Below are positions 33,169 through 42,982 of a stretch of 64,000 nt of DNA, in pieces; the stretch's first letter is position 1; every line of letters starts with the position of its first letter. The notes below the pieces were generated by a model that was not told the DNA's origin, ran no database searches, and worked only from the letters and a program-made list of their open reading frames with translations. The stretch spans positions 224,001 to 288,000 of the forward strand of contig CAVOXA010000001.1 of assembly GCA_963700285.1 (NCBI GenBank), in the 5' to 3' direction. Source of the DNA: an uncultured Chloroflexia bacterium (lineage in GTDB: Bacteria; Chloroflexota; Anaerolineae; JAAYZQ01). A program made the translations under genes and the position numbers.

Positions 33169-33945
33169 ATGTTCAAGAGAATCGGGTTAGCAGTGGCAGT
33201 CACCCTGCTCCTGTCTGCAGGGTTGGCGGGGATTTGGATGCTGGGCCAGGCGACGGATCCTGCAGCGGCCCATGCCGCGCAGGAATCGTCCGGCTACAGC
33301 CCAGCGCAGACAATTACAGTGGTTGGCCAGGGCTCTGTCCGCCTGGAGCCGGACGTTGCCACGGTGAGCGTTGGCCTGGAGACAATGGGTGAGACAGTTG
33401 GCGAAGCCGTTGAGGCGAACGGCGTCAAGATGGAGGCCATTCTGGCGTCGCTGGAAGGAGTCGGCATCGCCCAGCAGGACATCCAGACCACCAACTTTAG
33501 CGTCCAGCTTGACTACTCTCCAGAGCCAATGCCCCGCGCCGGTGGAACGGGTTCGGATGAGCCCCAGCCTCAATACAGGGTCTCGAATATGGTCAACGTC
33601 ACCATCCGCGACCTGGACCAGGTGAGCGAGACCCTGGATGCTGTCATTGAGGCCGGCGCCAATAATATCTGGGGGGTGAACTTTGGCCTGGAGGATTCAA
33701 CAGATGCGCAGGCCAACGCGCGCGCCAAGGCCGTGGAAGATGCCCAAGCCCGGGCGGAATCCCTGGCAGAGCTTGGCGGGGTGGAACTGGGACCGGTCAT
33801 GTCCATGAGCGAGATCATTGGCGGCGGTGCGGTACCCATGCCGGTGATGGCGGCGGAGCGAGCTATGGGTGGCGCCGGACCCATCAGCCCTGGCGAAGTG
33901 GAGGTTAGCTACCAGTTGCAGGTGTCCTACTTTATCGAGCCATAG
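33169..33945 (+). CDS. SIMPL domain (DUF541/YggE-like) exported protein
   Basis: Signal peptide; TITVVGQGSVRLEPDVATVSVG, QDIQTTNFS, AGANNIWGV, AVEDAQARAE. Confidence 0.88.
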   Translation: MFKRIGLAVAVTLLLSAGLAGIWMLGQATDPAAAHAAQESSGYSPAQTITVVGQGSVRLEPDVATVSVGLETMGETVGEAVEANGVKMEAILASLEGVGIAQQDIQTTNFSVQLDYSPEPMPRAGGTGSDEPQPQYRVSNMVNVTIRDLDQVSETLDAVIEAGANNIWGVNFGLEDSTDAQANARAKAVEDAQARAESLAELGGVELGPVMSMSEIIGGGAVPMPVMAAERAMGGAGPISPGEVEVSYQLQVSYFIEP

Positions 33946-33966
33946 TGAGGCCATCCCCATCAAGGT

Positions 33967-33999
33967 AGAGCCCGGCCCCGTGGGGGCCGGGCTTTGTTT
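33967..33999. terminator. Intrinsic terminator between convergent genes
   Basis: AGAGCCCGGCCCC-GTG-GGGGCCGGGCTTT followed by GTTT. Confidence 0.8.
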
Positions 34000-34022
34000 A
34001 TGGCATGCGCCTATCGAACGTG

Positions 34023-34613
34023 TCAACTAAACTCGATCTCCAAGGTGTTGGACCAGACCCTGACCGACGGCACCTGCTGGATCAACCCTTCAATACTACG
34101 TTGGTCGGTGACGCGGGTATGCCCCATCCACTGCCGTGGATCGGCTTCGATGGCATCAAAGCTGAGCCTGAACAGGTACCTGCCAGGTTGGGTGGGCTTG
34201 AACCAGGCAAGTTGCTGGATAGGGATAAAACCCTTGCCCTGTGGGTCAAAGCTTTCACCCGGCGCAAGCCGCACAAAGTCCTCAGCGCGCAGGCCCCGAA
34301 CATAGTCCAGATCCTCTGGAAGCCGGGTCTGCTCTAACCCTTTTGGACCCTCGATCTCGGCTACGTACTGAGGATAGCGCAGTCCGTCAGAGCCGGGAAC
34401 AACTCCCACCATCCAAATCGGTTCATCCGAAATATTCGTGATCTGTACCGAAAACTCGGGATCTTTTTCCAGTGCTTGCCTCGGGCCCCCGCCTGAGCGC
34501 AGTTCGATTCTGATCGGCGGCTCTGCATCTGGGATCCCGGGCACGGCAGAATCATGTACAGCCCCACGGGGATTTTTGGCCATGGCCTCACTTTCCTCAG
34601 TAATCCTCGCCAA
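34023..34613 (-). CDS. Hypothetical beta-sandwich-like protein overlapping the protease stop (start may be 34583)
   Basis: FSVQITNISDEPI...LAPGESF...PGRYLFRL...SNTLEI pattern; overlaps the upstream gene end. Confidence 0.65.
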   Translation of the reverse strand: MARITEESEAMAKNPRGAVHDSAVPGIPDAEPPIRIELRSGGGPRQALEKDPEFSVQITNISDEPIWMVGVVPGSDGLRYPQYVAEIEGPKGLEQTRLPEDLDYVRGLRAEDFVRLAPGESFDPQGKGFIPIQQLAWFKPTQPGRYLFRLSFDAIEADPRQWMGHTRVTDQRSIEGLIQQVPSVRVWSNTLEIEFS

Positions 34614-36702
34614 TCAACTCTGCCCGCGCCCGCATGTCTTCGATGACTTCCGGCTTGACCTTCATGCGCTCAAAGTAGCGAGCGGTCTGGGTCAAAACCG
34701 ACTTGGCTTGCTTGGGCTGGCTGGTCTTGCGATAAAGATCCGACAGCATGTCAACGGCTCGCCCATGGGTAATGTTATCCAGCGAAGAGTACCTGTCCCA
34801 GCGAGGTGAAAAAGCTCGTGCTTTTTCCAATTCCTGAATCGCTTCCTCAGGGTTGGGTTGCCGGATCCTGTCCTGGACAACATCCTTGAACTCCCGGGCC
34901 TGGTTGTATCCAAAACAGTAGTGGATGTAGCGGGCCAGTTTTGTCTTTGGAAACCGTTCCGTAACCTCCCGCAACTGGTCGTTCCCGCCTCGAAGGTACT
35001 CCGCTCCCTGCATATAGAGCACGTGTCCCTGGTCCCGCCCAAAAGTCCACAGGGCCATTTCCTCGTCCTCCTGGTCTTGTGGGAAAGCCACGCGTACGCG
35101 CAGCACGTTCGACCGGATGCGCTGCCCGCTGGCCCCATACACGGCCCACATCTGGTACTCGCCTGGTTCCTCAAAGTAGAATCCATCTGCTCCATAAGCG
35201 ATGAAAACGCTTTCATAGAGCTTTCCCCCGGGAGGCAGTTCGGTCCTCCGTGCTTCGCCGCAGAGTCTGAAGAGAGGGCGAAAGGGGTGTACCTGCCCCT
35301 TTGGATCGCGGATGAACAGCGCCAGCATCCCGAACTGGGGGTTAAGCATGTCGGGCACGACGACCGGTGCATCGGTCTGGTTCTTCAGCTTGAGTTCCAC
35401 GGTTACGGGCTCGGCGAAATCAAAGAGGTAGCGCTCGGGCCGTGTGCGGAGGTATAAAGCAATGGGTGCAGCCTGCTGTCGGCGTGGGGCTGCAGCCGGG
35501 GGCGTAGCAATGTCCTGCCCAGACGGTCCAAAGCCCGCTCCCCCAGGGATAACCTCCAAGAGCGCCTGGTGCCGTAGATGGCGCTGCTCATCGACGTCGA
35601 ATTCGAAGCGAAAATCCTGCCAAAAATCACGGGTACCATCCCAACCTGAGGGCAGGTTGTAACCGTGGGGATAGCGCCAGGGATAGTTCATCCAGGTGGC
35701 CGAGCTTGCCCGGTCTTGGTCGAAGGCGTGCACCAGATTCAGGGCATGCCCCAGCTCGTGGACACAGGTGCGCAGATAGTTCCGGTCAAAATCCTCTGGA
35801 GATAGATGATTCCATACCGAGGTCATGCTGCTGTAAAAGGCTGCCACTCCCTGCCGCGGGCAGGGATCGTTCGGGTCGCGGTAGTGGCTGTCGTACATGA
35901 TTCCGGTGATTGTGCGGTCTGGGTAGAGCCTGTGATGGGTGGCGACAAGCAGATAGAGCTTCCATTGGGGCTCATCCCGCCATTGCGAGAAATGATTCTC
36001 CATGGCATGGTGCAGTTCGTCCTCGTCCCACTTGAGATCGTTACCGGCTTCGGCTGGCGCAAAGACCTCGCTATCGGAGATAAGGCGCATATCGATCCCA
36101 GCCCGGCGGTAGGCGTGCGCGATGCTCAGGTCCAGAGGAGGGAGATCAGGCGGACGTTCTGCAAGGGCGGTGGACTGGAAGGTACGGGGCAGCTTGGTCC
36201 CGGTGATCCGGTCGATCTCCAGGTCGATCGTGCGCTGATAATCTGACGTCTTTTGGCACGAATACCTAGTCTCGTGACTGCCCCAGCGCAGGACGTGGAC
36301 GGTGGCAGGCACAGGGGCTTCGGGGGCGGTGGACAAAGGAATGAGTGCTTGCAGGATGTGCCTGGCTGAAGCCTCTTGCCCGGTCGACCGCAGGTCCCTG
36401 CTGCGGTAGTAGATCATGTCGCCGCTGATGCTCACCTGCTCGGGTTCCCATCTTATGGAGGGGTGCTCGACGACAAAAGAATGGCGGTACTCCCACTCCC
36501 CACCACCCATATCCTGGAAAAAATCGCCGCTCACGAGATTGAGCGGTTGGTACTGAAGCTGAGAGCTTTCGCCTAGATCTACTCGGAGTTCAAGCCGGTT
36601 GGAACCATCCTGGCCAACATAGGTGCCGCTGACAGGCCGATATCCCCCCTCAAGGTGGGAACTCTCGCCCACAGCGAGTACGTCAGAGAACACCTCGTTC
36701 AT
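34597..36702 (-). CDS. Putative metzincin-type zinc metalloprotease with C-terminal Ig-like and helical (TPR-like) regions
   Basis: VHELGHALNLVH (HExxHxxxxxH) plus Met-turn WMNYP; RBS AGGAGG before ATG 36702; no signal peptide. Confidence 0.72.
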   Translation of the reverse strand: MNEVFSDVLAVGESSHLEGGYRPVSGTYVGQDGSNRLELRVDLGESSQLQYQPLNLVSGDFFQDMGGGEWEYRHSFVVEHPSIRWEPEQVSISGDMIYYRSRDLRSTGQEASARHILQALIPLSTAPEAPVPATVHVLRWGSHETRYSCQKTSDYQRTIDLEIDRITGTKLPRTFQSTALAERPPDLPPLDLSIAHAYRRAGIDMRLISDSEVFAPAEAGNDLKWDEDELHHAMENHFSQWRDEPQWKLYLLVATHHRLYPDRTITGIMYDSHYRDPNDPCPRQGVAAFYSSMTSVWNHLSPEDFDRNYLRTCVHELGHALNLVHAFDQDRASSATWMNYPWRYPHGYNLPSGWDGTRDFWQDFRFEFDVDEQRHLRHQALLEVIPGGAGFGPSGQDIATPPAAAPRRQQAAPIALYLRTRPERYLFDFAEPVTVELKLKNQTDAPVVVPDMLNPQFGMLALFIRDPKGQVHPFRPLFRLCGEARRTELPPGGKLYESVFIAYGADGFYFEEPGEYQMWAVYGASGQRIRSNVLRVRVAFPQDQEDEEMALWTFGRDQGHVLYMQGAEYLRGGNDQLREVTERFPKTKLARYIHYCFGYNQAREFKDVVQDRIRQPNPEEAIQELEKARAFSPRWDRYSSLDNITHGRAVDMLSDLYRKTSQPKQAKSVLTQTARYFERMKVKPEVIEDMRARAELIGEDY

Positions 36703-36776
36703 CGACAAAGCCCTCCTGCTGATTTCATCACTATTATATATGATTCTCATCAGAAAGGCAAATAACTGGGGGTAAG

Positions 36777-37190
36777 TTAGGCAGCCGACCATGAAGCGCT
36801 GAGCCTCAGCTCACTGGCCTGTGCTTCAACGAGGCTTGGCAACGATGGAATTTGGGCTGCCTTGGAAATGCGATCGTGAATGTACTGGTAGAAGCTGATG
36901 TCCAGTTTCCTGGTCGTGGCGACCAGGCTCATAAAGGTGTTCCACGCCTTGACGCCATCTTGCGTTCGCGGGCCGAAACTGACGTCGCGCTTCCGCACTC
37001 TTTGACGCGCTTCCAACTCAGCCGGATTGTTATGCAACGGGATCTCGGGGTACTTGAGCACCATCAGCAAGGACGCTCTCTTTGCCCGCGTCTTGGCGAT
37101 CCGGGCATCCAGGGCTTCATAGCCGGTGCTGGCCGAAGACAGCCGGTCAAACCTCGTTGCCTTTTGGGAAGGCTCCTCGAGCGACCTGCG
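36777..37190 (-). mobile_element. IS66-family transposase C-terminal fragment
   Basis: LKYPEIPLHNNPAELEARQRVRKRDVSFGPRT...TFMSLVATTRKLDISFYQYIHDRI. Confidence 0.72.
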
Positions 37191-37503
37191 CCGTCTCAGC
37201 GGGAATTACAAACCAATCATGGGCATGTAGAGTCACTGTCTACCTCCTTCTGTCTTTTCCCTCTTTATTCTGCCACAGCTTGCCCGTTCTGTCACATGTC
37301 CCTTGAGCCAACCCGGTCACTTTGCATAAAAAACCGACAGTATCAATCAGTTGCCGGGCGTTCTCGTCCTGGTTGTTGCTCAGATCCATATCTTCAAACA
37401 TAAGGGTGCTATCCTACCCACTCTTGCTCATCACGTCAAATCTACAACTGTGCCTATCCTTCGGGGCCTTTCCCCCGGTTTATTGAGATGATACGGTGCT
37501 TGC

Positions 37504-37558
37504 ATTGAAACCAACAGAAATCTGCCTAGCACCGCCTGTTCACGGCGGTGCAATCAAT
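37504..37558. repeat. Palindromic element, copy 1 (IS200/IS605-end-like or REP-like)
   Basis: ATTGAAA..AGAAATCT..AGCACCGCCTGTTCACGGCGGTGC-AATCAAT; close copy at 49004-49061. Confidence 0.7.
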
Positions 37559-37699
37559 CTGCGGCAGCCTTACCTGGACGGAGTGGGTAAGCGTCACACG
37601 CTGGGGACATGCTTGGTCAGGTTCCCGACAGCCAAGCTGGTTGGCTCGCCTGTTCCCCGCGTGTGCCTTGTCTACCTACTCACTGGAGGCGGGAAGAAG

Positions 37700-38175
37700 T
37701 GTCTCAACACCTGCAAGGCCAGAACGTGAGTGTTAGTCGGCGTCAAGTGCGCCAGTACTATGGATCGGTCCTTGCCCAAGTATTCCCCAAAGCCCAACAT
37801 CACGAGTGCCTCTTTCACGCCCTTCAGGATATCAGTCGCTACCAGCAAACGACCTGGGGCCGGGATTATGCACAACAGCATCCAGAAGCCGAGGAGGTAC
37901 GCCAAGCGGCGGTACGCAGTTTTCAAGTCCGGACGAAGCGGACTGCTCAGAAGCGCTATCAAGCCCTGCTGAACCAGCGGGACAAGTACCTTCAGGGTGA
38001 GCCTGAACTGCAGTGGGTCTTTGACTTTCTCAAACGGCACTGGCCTTGTCTGATCAATGCCGTCGAGAGCGACGGTATTCCCAAGACAAACAATGCAGTG
38101 GAAATGGTGATCCGGAGATTCGAGGCAAGTGCCCTCTACAACTGGCCGGGTACGACCCAAGCCGCATGCCGATGA
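37700..38175 (+). mobile_element. DDE transposase C-terminal fragment (IS256/Mutator-like CxxH and TNNxxE motifs)
   Basis: VFPKAQHHECLFHA...IPKTNNAVEMVIRRF. Confidence 0.62.
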
Positions 38176-38407
38176 CCTGGTTGTGTCGGGGATACAGCCT
38201 GGAACGGCCGATGAAACTGGACGGCGCAGATGTCCCCAGCCTGTGACGGTTCCGGTGTGGGTGCTTTTCACCAGTGTGGATTGTGGTATAATACCTGCAA
38301 CGAGGAACCATTCTTGGGGTGTGGTACAAAAGGTGGGCAAAGCCCCACCTCTCTACACCGCGGCTACAGGCAGGCTCGTAACGAGGATGAAGGCTGGAAA
38401 GGGGGGG

Positions 38408-38651
38408 ATGTCTTCTGTGCTGACTAACAACTCCCAACATTGAACTGACCTTTGATCAGCTTCTGTCGGCGGTCCACCAGCTTGAACCAGAAGCGTGATC
38501 GGAGCTGGCCCGGGCTCTCATGGAACCCGAGTTGGATTTGCGCATGGCCCAGTTGATCAGCAGTCTAACGAATAGGCCCGGTGCAGACGACATCTCCGAT
38601 GTGGACCTTGTGGCTGAAGTAGAGGCTGTCCGCGGGCAAAGCAACCAGTGA
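38408..38651 (+). pseudogene. Degenerate antitoxin-like gene
   Basis: IELTFDQLLSAVHQLEPEA*SELARAL...DDISDVDLVAEVEAVR; frameshift plus internal TGA; stop overlaps the toxin ATG (TGATG). Confidence 0.5.
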
Positions 38652-38818
38652 TGCTGCGGGTCGTTGTCGACACAAACATCTGGATCCGTACCCTGTTGGG
38701 TGAGCCGGTCACGGTCCCGATCTTGGGAGCCTGGCGGGCTGATCTGCGTGCGCTGATGGAACAGTACGGCGTGCAGTTCTGGGGCGTGGGCAGCCTGCTT
38801 GAGTGTATTCGGGATTGA
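38651..38818 (+). pseudogene. Internally deleted PIN-domain (VapC-like) toxin
   Basis: MLRVVVDTNIWIRTLLG is a typical PIN N-terminus, but the ORF is only 55 aa. Confidence 0.65.
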
Positions 38819-38927
38819 TCGGCTTTGGGCCACCGAAGCGCTTCTGTACATCGAGCCATCCGTGAAACCCGTTCCCAGAAACCGTTGACAGGTGTTCCCC
38901 GGTGGATCCTAACGCATCCTGGCCCAT

Positions 38928-38956
38928 TTGACTTTTCCCCACACCTGTGCTATTAT
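38928..38956 (+). promoter_or_regulatory. his operon promoter
   Basis: TTGACT - 17 bp - TATTAT with TGn. Confidence 0.7.
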
Positions 38957-38980
38957 TCCTGCCGAGGTACCAAGAATACC

Positions 38981-39052
38981 ATGAGCAAACAGCCGTACCA
39001 AAGCAATTCAAGCCAGCAAGCCCTGCTTGCTGCCCATCATCATAAGCCGTAG
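38981..39052 (+). CDS. hisL: Putative his operon leader peptide (23 aa)
   Basis: MSKQPYQSNSSQQALLAAHHHKP*, with CAT-CAT-CAT close to the stop, lying between the promoter and a terminator upstream of hisZ. Confidence 0.7.
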   Translation: MSKQPYQSNSSQQALLAAHHHKP

Positions 39053-39140
39053 GATGAGGCCCGGCGCTCCACGGGAGCGCGGGCAAGTGCGCGCGCGGCC
39101 TCATCCTCAAAGACTGGTCAACAGACCGGTCTTTTTTCTT
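39051..39140 (+). promoter_or_regulatory. Attenuator: upstream hairpin plus intrinsic terminator in the his leader
   Basis: AGGATGAGGCC (39051-61) pairs with GGCCTCATCCT (39097-107); AAAGACTGGTC-AACA-GACCGGTCTTT followed by T run. Confidence 0.7.
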
Positions 39141-39221
39141 GTAATCACCTTCCAGGAAGCTCCAAGCTCTCGCAGAGAGCCGCTTCCTGGAAGGTAACCT
39201 GGACAGTTGAAAGGGATACCA

Positions 39222-40508
39222 GTGACAGCCAAACCAAACCCGACGCCAGAATTGCGCAGCCAGATCCCTCACGGTGTCCAGGACCGTTTTCTGGTCGAGG
39301 CGGTCCGGCGCCGCCGGGCGGAAGCCGATCTGTGTGAGGCTTTTGCCCGCTGGGGCTACCAGGAAGTGATCCCGCCCACCTTTGAGTACCACGACAACCT
39401 GACCGTCGGCGCCAGCGCCGAGCTGCAGCGGGCCATGTACCGTTTTTTCGACCACGAGGGGCGCACGCTGGCGCTGCGGGCCGACTTTACGCCGCAGATC
39501 GCCCGCACCGCGGCCACCAAGCTGGTCGACCAGCCCCTGCCCCTGCGCTGCTTTTACGTGGGCAGCCTCTTTCGCCGCGAAGAGCCCCAGGCGGGGCGAA
39601 AACGTGAATTCACCCAGGCCGGCGTAGAGTTGCTGGGCGCCGATACGGCGGCCGCCGATGCCGAGGTGGTAGCCCTGTCGGTCGAGGCGCTGGAGGCGCT
39701 GCACCTGCGCGATTTCCAGGTCAACCTGGGACAGATGGCTTTCTTCCGGGCCCTGACCGGTAACCTGCCCCGGGGCCTCCTGTCTTCGGTGCGCGAGGCG
39801 GTCGATCACAAGAACAGCATCGGGCTCGCCCTCGCCCTGGAGGAAGCCGGTGTGGGCGGCGCGCGCCGCGACCTGCTCTGCCGCTTGCCCGACCTAATCG
39901 GCGGGCCCGAGATCCTGGACGAGGCGCGGGCGCTGGCCGCCGGCCTGCCGCAGGCGCCGGATGCCCTGCCGGCCCTGGATCGCCTGGAGGCAACTTACCG
40001 CCTGCTGGAGGCCTACGGCGTCGCCGACCGGATCATCCTGGACCTGGGCGAGGTGCGGGGCATGGACTATTACACGGGCATCACCTTCCGGGGCGTGGCG
40101 CCAGGCCTGGGCTGGCCCATCGTCAGCGGTGGGCGCTACGATGACCTCATCGCCAGATTTGGCCGCCCGCTGGCCGCTGTGGGCCTAGGCCTGGGCATCG
40201 AGCGGGCGCTACTGGTCCAGGCCAAACAGGGCGCGCCGCGGCCCGCCATCAACGCCCACCTGCTGCTGCCTGGCTGCCAGGATCCCGCCTGCCTGTCGCT
40301 GGCCCGCCGCCTTCGGGATCTGGGCTGCCGGGTCGAGATCGATCCCCTGGGGCTGGATGCGCAGGATCTGGCGCTTCAAGCCCGCCGGCGGGGGGTCCTG
40401 CGCACCCTGACCCGGTCTGGCCGGCAATGGCTCCTGGCCGATACCCAGGGCGGAGAGCGTCTGCTGTCGGAGAGCGAGCTGCTTCAGGAAGCCGGGCTAT
40501 GGGCTTGA
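39222..40508 (+). CDS. hisZ: ATP phosphoribosyltransferase regulatory subunit
   Basis: IPHGVQD, GYQEVIPPTFEY, LALRADFTPQIAR, REFTQAGVEL, YYTGITF, GGRYDDL; precedes short hisG. Confidence 0.9.
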   Translation: MTAKPNPTPELRSQIPHGVQDRFLVEAVRRRRAEADLCEAFARWGYQEVIPPTFEYHDNLTVGASAELQRAMYRFFDHEGRTLALRADFTPQIARTAATKLVDQPLPLRCFYVGSLFRREEPQAGRKREFTQAGVELLGADTAAADAEVVALSVEALEALHLRDFQVNLGQMAFFRALTGNLPRGLLSSVREAVDHKNSIGLALALEEAGVGGARRDLLCRLPDLIGGPEILDEARALAAGLPQAPDALPALDRLEATYRLLEAYGVADRIILDLGEVRGMDYYTGITFRGVAPGLGWPIVSGGRYDDLIARFGRPLAAVGLGLGIERALLVQAKQGAPRPAINAHLLLPGCQDPACLSLARRLRDLGCRVEIDPLGLDAQDLALQARRRGVLRTLTRSGRQWLLADTQGGERLLSESELLQEAGLWA

Positions 40509-40662
40509 TGGGTCCGAACATAATGGGCAACAAATACCTCGATCCTGTCATTGCGAGCGGAGGCATCTTTTGCCGGAGCGAAGCAATCTCCATTCTCCAT
40601 CGCGAATTCCTCTGCGCTCTCTGCCTCTGCGGTTCAAAGCTCTCCAGAGAGGAGATGAATGA

Positions 40663-41313
40663 ATGGAACCTTTGACCATTGCCCTGCCCAAGGGCCGCTT
40701 GCTCGCCCCGGCGGCTGGCCTCTTTCAGAGCCTGGGCTGGCGCTGTGACCTGGGAAATGGCTCCCGGCAGTTGCAGGTCACCGAGTCCCGGGGATCCGGC
40801 GCTTCTCGCGAGAGCCTTCGCTTCCTGCTGGTCAAGCCCGGTGACGTGCCGGTCTATGTCGAATATGGCGCGGCCGACCTGGGCATCGCCGGCCAGGACG
40901 TGCTCTGGGAAAGCGGCCGGGACGTGTACCAGCCACTGCAGCTTGGCTTTGGCCGCTGCCGGCTGGTGCTGGCGGGAACCCCCGCCCAGCAGGACCGGGA
41001 TTTTCGGCTGGCGGCCGGCTTGCGGGTGGCGACCAAGTACCCGCGCCAGACGCGCGCTTACTTTCAGCGCAACGGGCTCTCGGCGGAAATCATCCCTCTC
41101 ACTGGCTCCATCGAGCTTGCCCCGCTGGTGGGCCTCGCCGACCTGGTGGTGGACGTGGTCGAAACCGGCTGCACGCTCCGGGAGAACGGCCTGGTAGAGC
41201 TGGAAGAGATTGCGACCTGTCAGGCGGTCCTCATCGTCAACCGCGTGTCCCATCGCTTGCACCTGGCGGAGGTAAGGGACCTGCTGGCCCGGCTGAACGC
41301 GGAACTGGCTTGA
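40663..41313 (+). CDS. hisG: ATP phosphoribosyltransferase (short form)
   Basis: IALPKGRL, DVPVYVEYGAADLGIAG, VATKYP, GSIELAPLVGLADLVVDVVETG. Confidence 0.93.
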   Translation: MEPLTIALPKGRLLAPAAGLFQSLGWRCDLGNGSRQLQVTESRGSGASRESLRFLLVKPGDVPVYVEYGAADLGIAGQDVLWESGRDVYQPLQLGFGRCRLVLAGTPAQQDRDFRLAAGLRVATKYPRQTRAYFQRNGLSAEIIPLTGSIELAPLVGLADLVVDVVETGCTLRENGLVELEEIATCQAVLIVNRVSHRLHLAEVRDLLARLNAELA

Positions 41314-41559
41314 CCTGGCATATGATACCGAATCAAGAGGATTTATCGAATCACTGGCACTTTTGGGACAAAGTTTGCCCAAAGCATGTTTCCCCTTGCT
41401 CCAGGCAGGTCCGTAGCCTGCCGGGGCTGCTGCCAGGGAGCATTGCTGGCCACGGAACGGCCTGGTCACGGACCAGGCCGGAGCATGAAAGAATCCAGGA
41501 AAGTAGCGAAACTTGATTAAAGACCCGACGGGTCTGTCCATAGATTTTGGAGGTAGCGT

Positions 41560-42896
41560 GTGAGCATTCGAATCATCAACGGGGTCGCGGCCGCCCGGGC
41601 ACACCTTGACGCCCTGCGCGCTGGGGGGAAACAGCCCTTCCAGAGCAAGTAGCCGCCCGGCTGCACGCGCTCTTTGGCCGCCAGATCTCGGCCGAGGAAG
41701 CGGTGGCCCGGATCGTGGCTGACGTCCGGCGCGACGGCGATGCCGCGCTGCGGGAGTACGGCCGGCGCATCGATGGCGTAGCGCTCGAGTCGCTGGTCCT
41801 GGACGGGGCAGCGGTCGCCGCGGCCTATGAGGCTGTGCCGGCCCGGCTGCGCGAGGCGCTGTACCTGGCCGCGGATCGGATCCGGGTTTTCCACCAGCGA
41901 GAGCCCCGGCAGTCGTGGCTGGAATGGGACGGGTCTGGTGGCGGGCTGGGACAGATCATCCGCCCCCTGCGCCGCGTGGGCGTCTATGCGCCGGGCGGTA
42001 CCGCGGCCTATCCCTCTTCGCTGCTGATGGCCGCCATCCCCGCCCAGGTGGCAGGGGTGGAGGAGATCGTGGTGGCCACGCCGCCTTTTGAGAGAAAACT
42101 GGACCAGTCTAGCCCAGTATTTTCCATCCTGGCCGCGGCCCACGTGGCGGGGGTGGACCGGGTGCTGCTTGCCGGCGGGGCGCAGGCTATCGCCGCGCTG
42201 GCCTATGGTACTGAAAGCGTCCCGCGCGTGGACAAGGTGGTCGGTGCCGGTGGCCTGTTTGTCACCCTAGCCAAAAAACTGGTCTATGGCGACGTGGGCA
42301 TCGACGGCCTCTATGGCCCTACCGAGACGCTGCTCATCGCCGATGATGCCGCGGATCCCGCCGTGGTGGCCGCGGACTTGTTGGCTCAGGCGGAACACGA
42401 TCCCCTGGCCACCGCGCTGCTGATCACGCCATCGGCCTCGCTGGCCGAGGCGGTGCGGGTTGAGGTGGGCGGACAATTGGCCTCGCTGGCGCGGCGGGAG
42501 ATCATCGAGGCCTCGCTGGCGGGTCAGGGGGCGATCCTGGTCGTCGATGACCTGGATCAGGCCCTGGCGCTGGCCAACGAGTACGCGCCGGAGCACCTGT
42601 GCCTGCTGGTGGCCGAGCCCTGGCCGCTGGTCGGCCGCGTACAGAACGCCGGCGGCGTTTTTGTGGGCGAGGGCTCGTCGGAGGCCCTGGGCGACTATGT
42701 CGTCGGCCCCAGCCACATCATGCCCACGCGGGGAACGGCGCGCTTTGCCTCGCCGCTGCACGTGAGGGATTTCCTAAAGGTGACGAGCCTCTTTGCCGCG
42801 GGACAGATGGCCCCAGACGTGGCCTCGGCCGCGCGAACCATCGCCAAAGCCGAAGGTTTGACCGCGCACGCCGCCGCGGTGGCTGCACGGCGCTAG
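41560..42896 (+). CDS. hisD: Histidinol dehydrogenase (frameshifts in the 5' part)
   Basis: GVYAPGGTAAYPSS, GGAQAIAALAYGTES, ADLLAQAEHD, YAPEHL, ALGDYVVGPSHIMPT; GGAGG RBS before GTG 41560. Confidence 0.9.
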
Positions 42897-42982
42897 CCGA
42901 GGTTGCTCGCGCTGGACCACAGTCCAGCGCTGGAGGCGCAGAAACCGGCGGATTGCGGTCCGAATCAAGCGGAGGGAACGGA

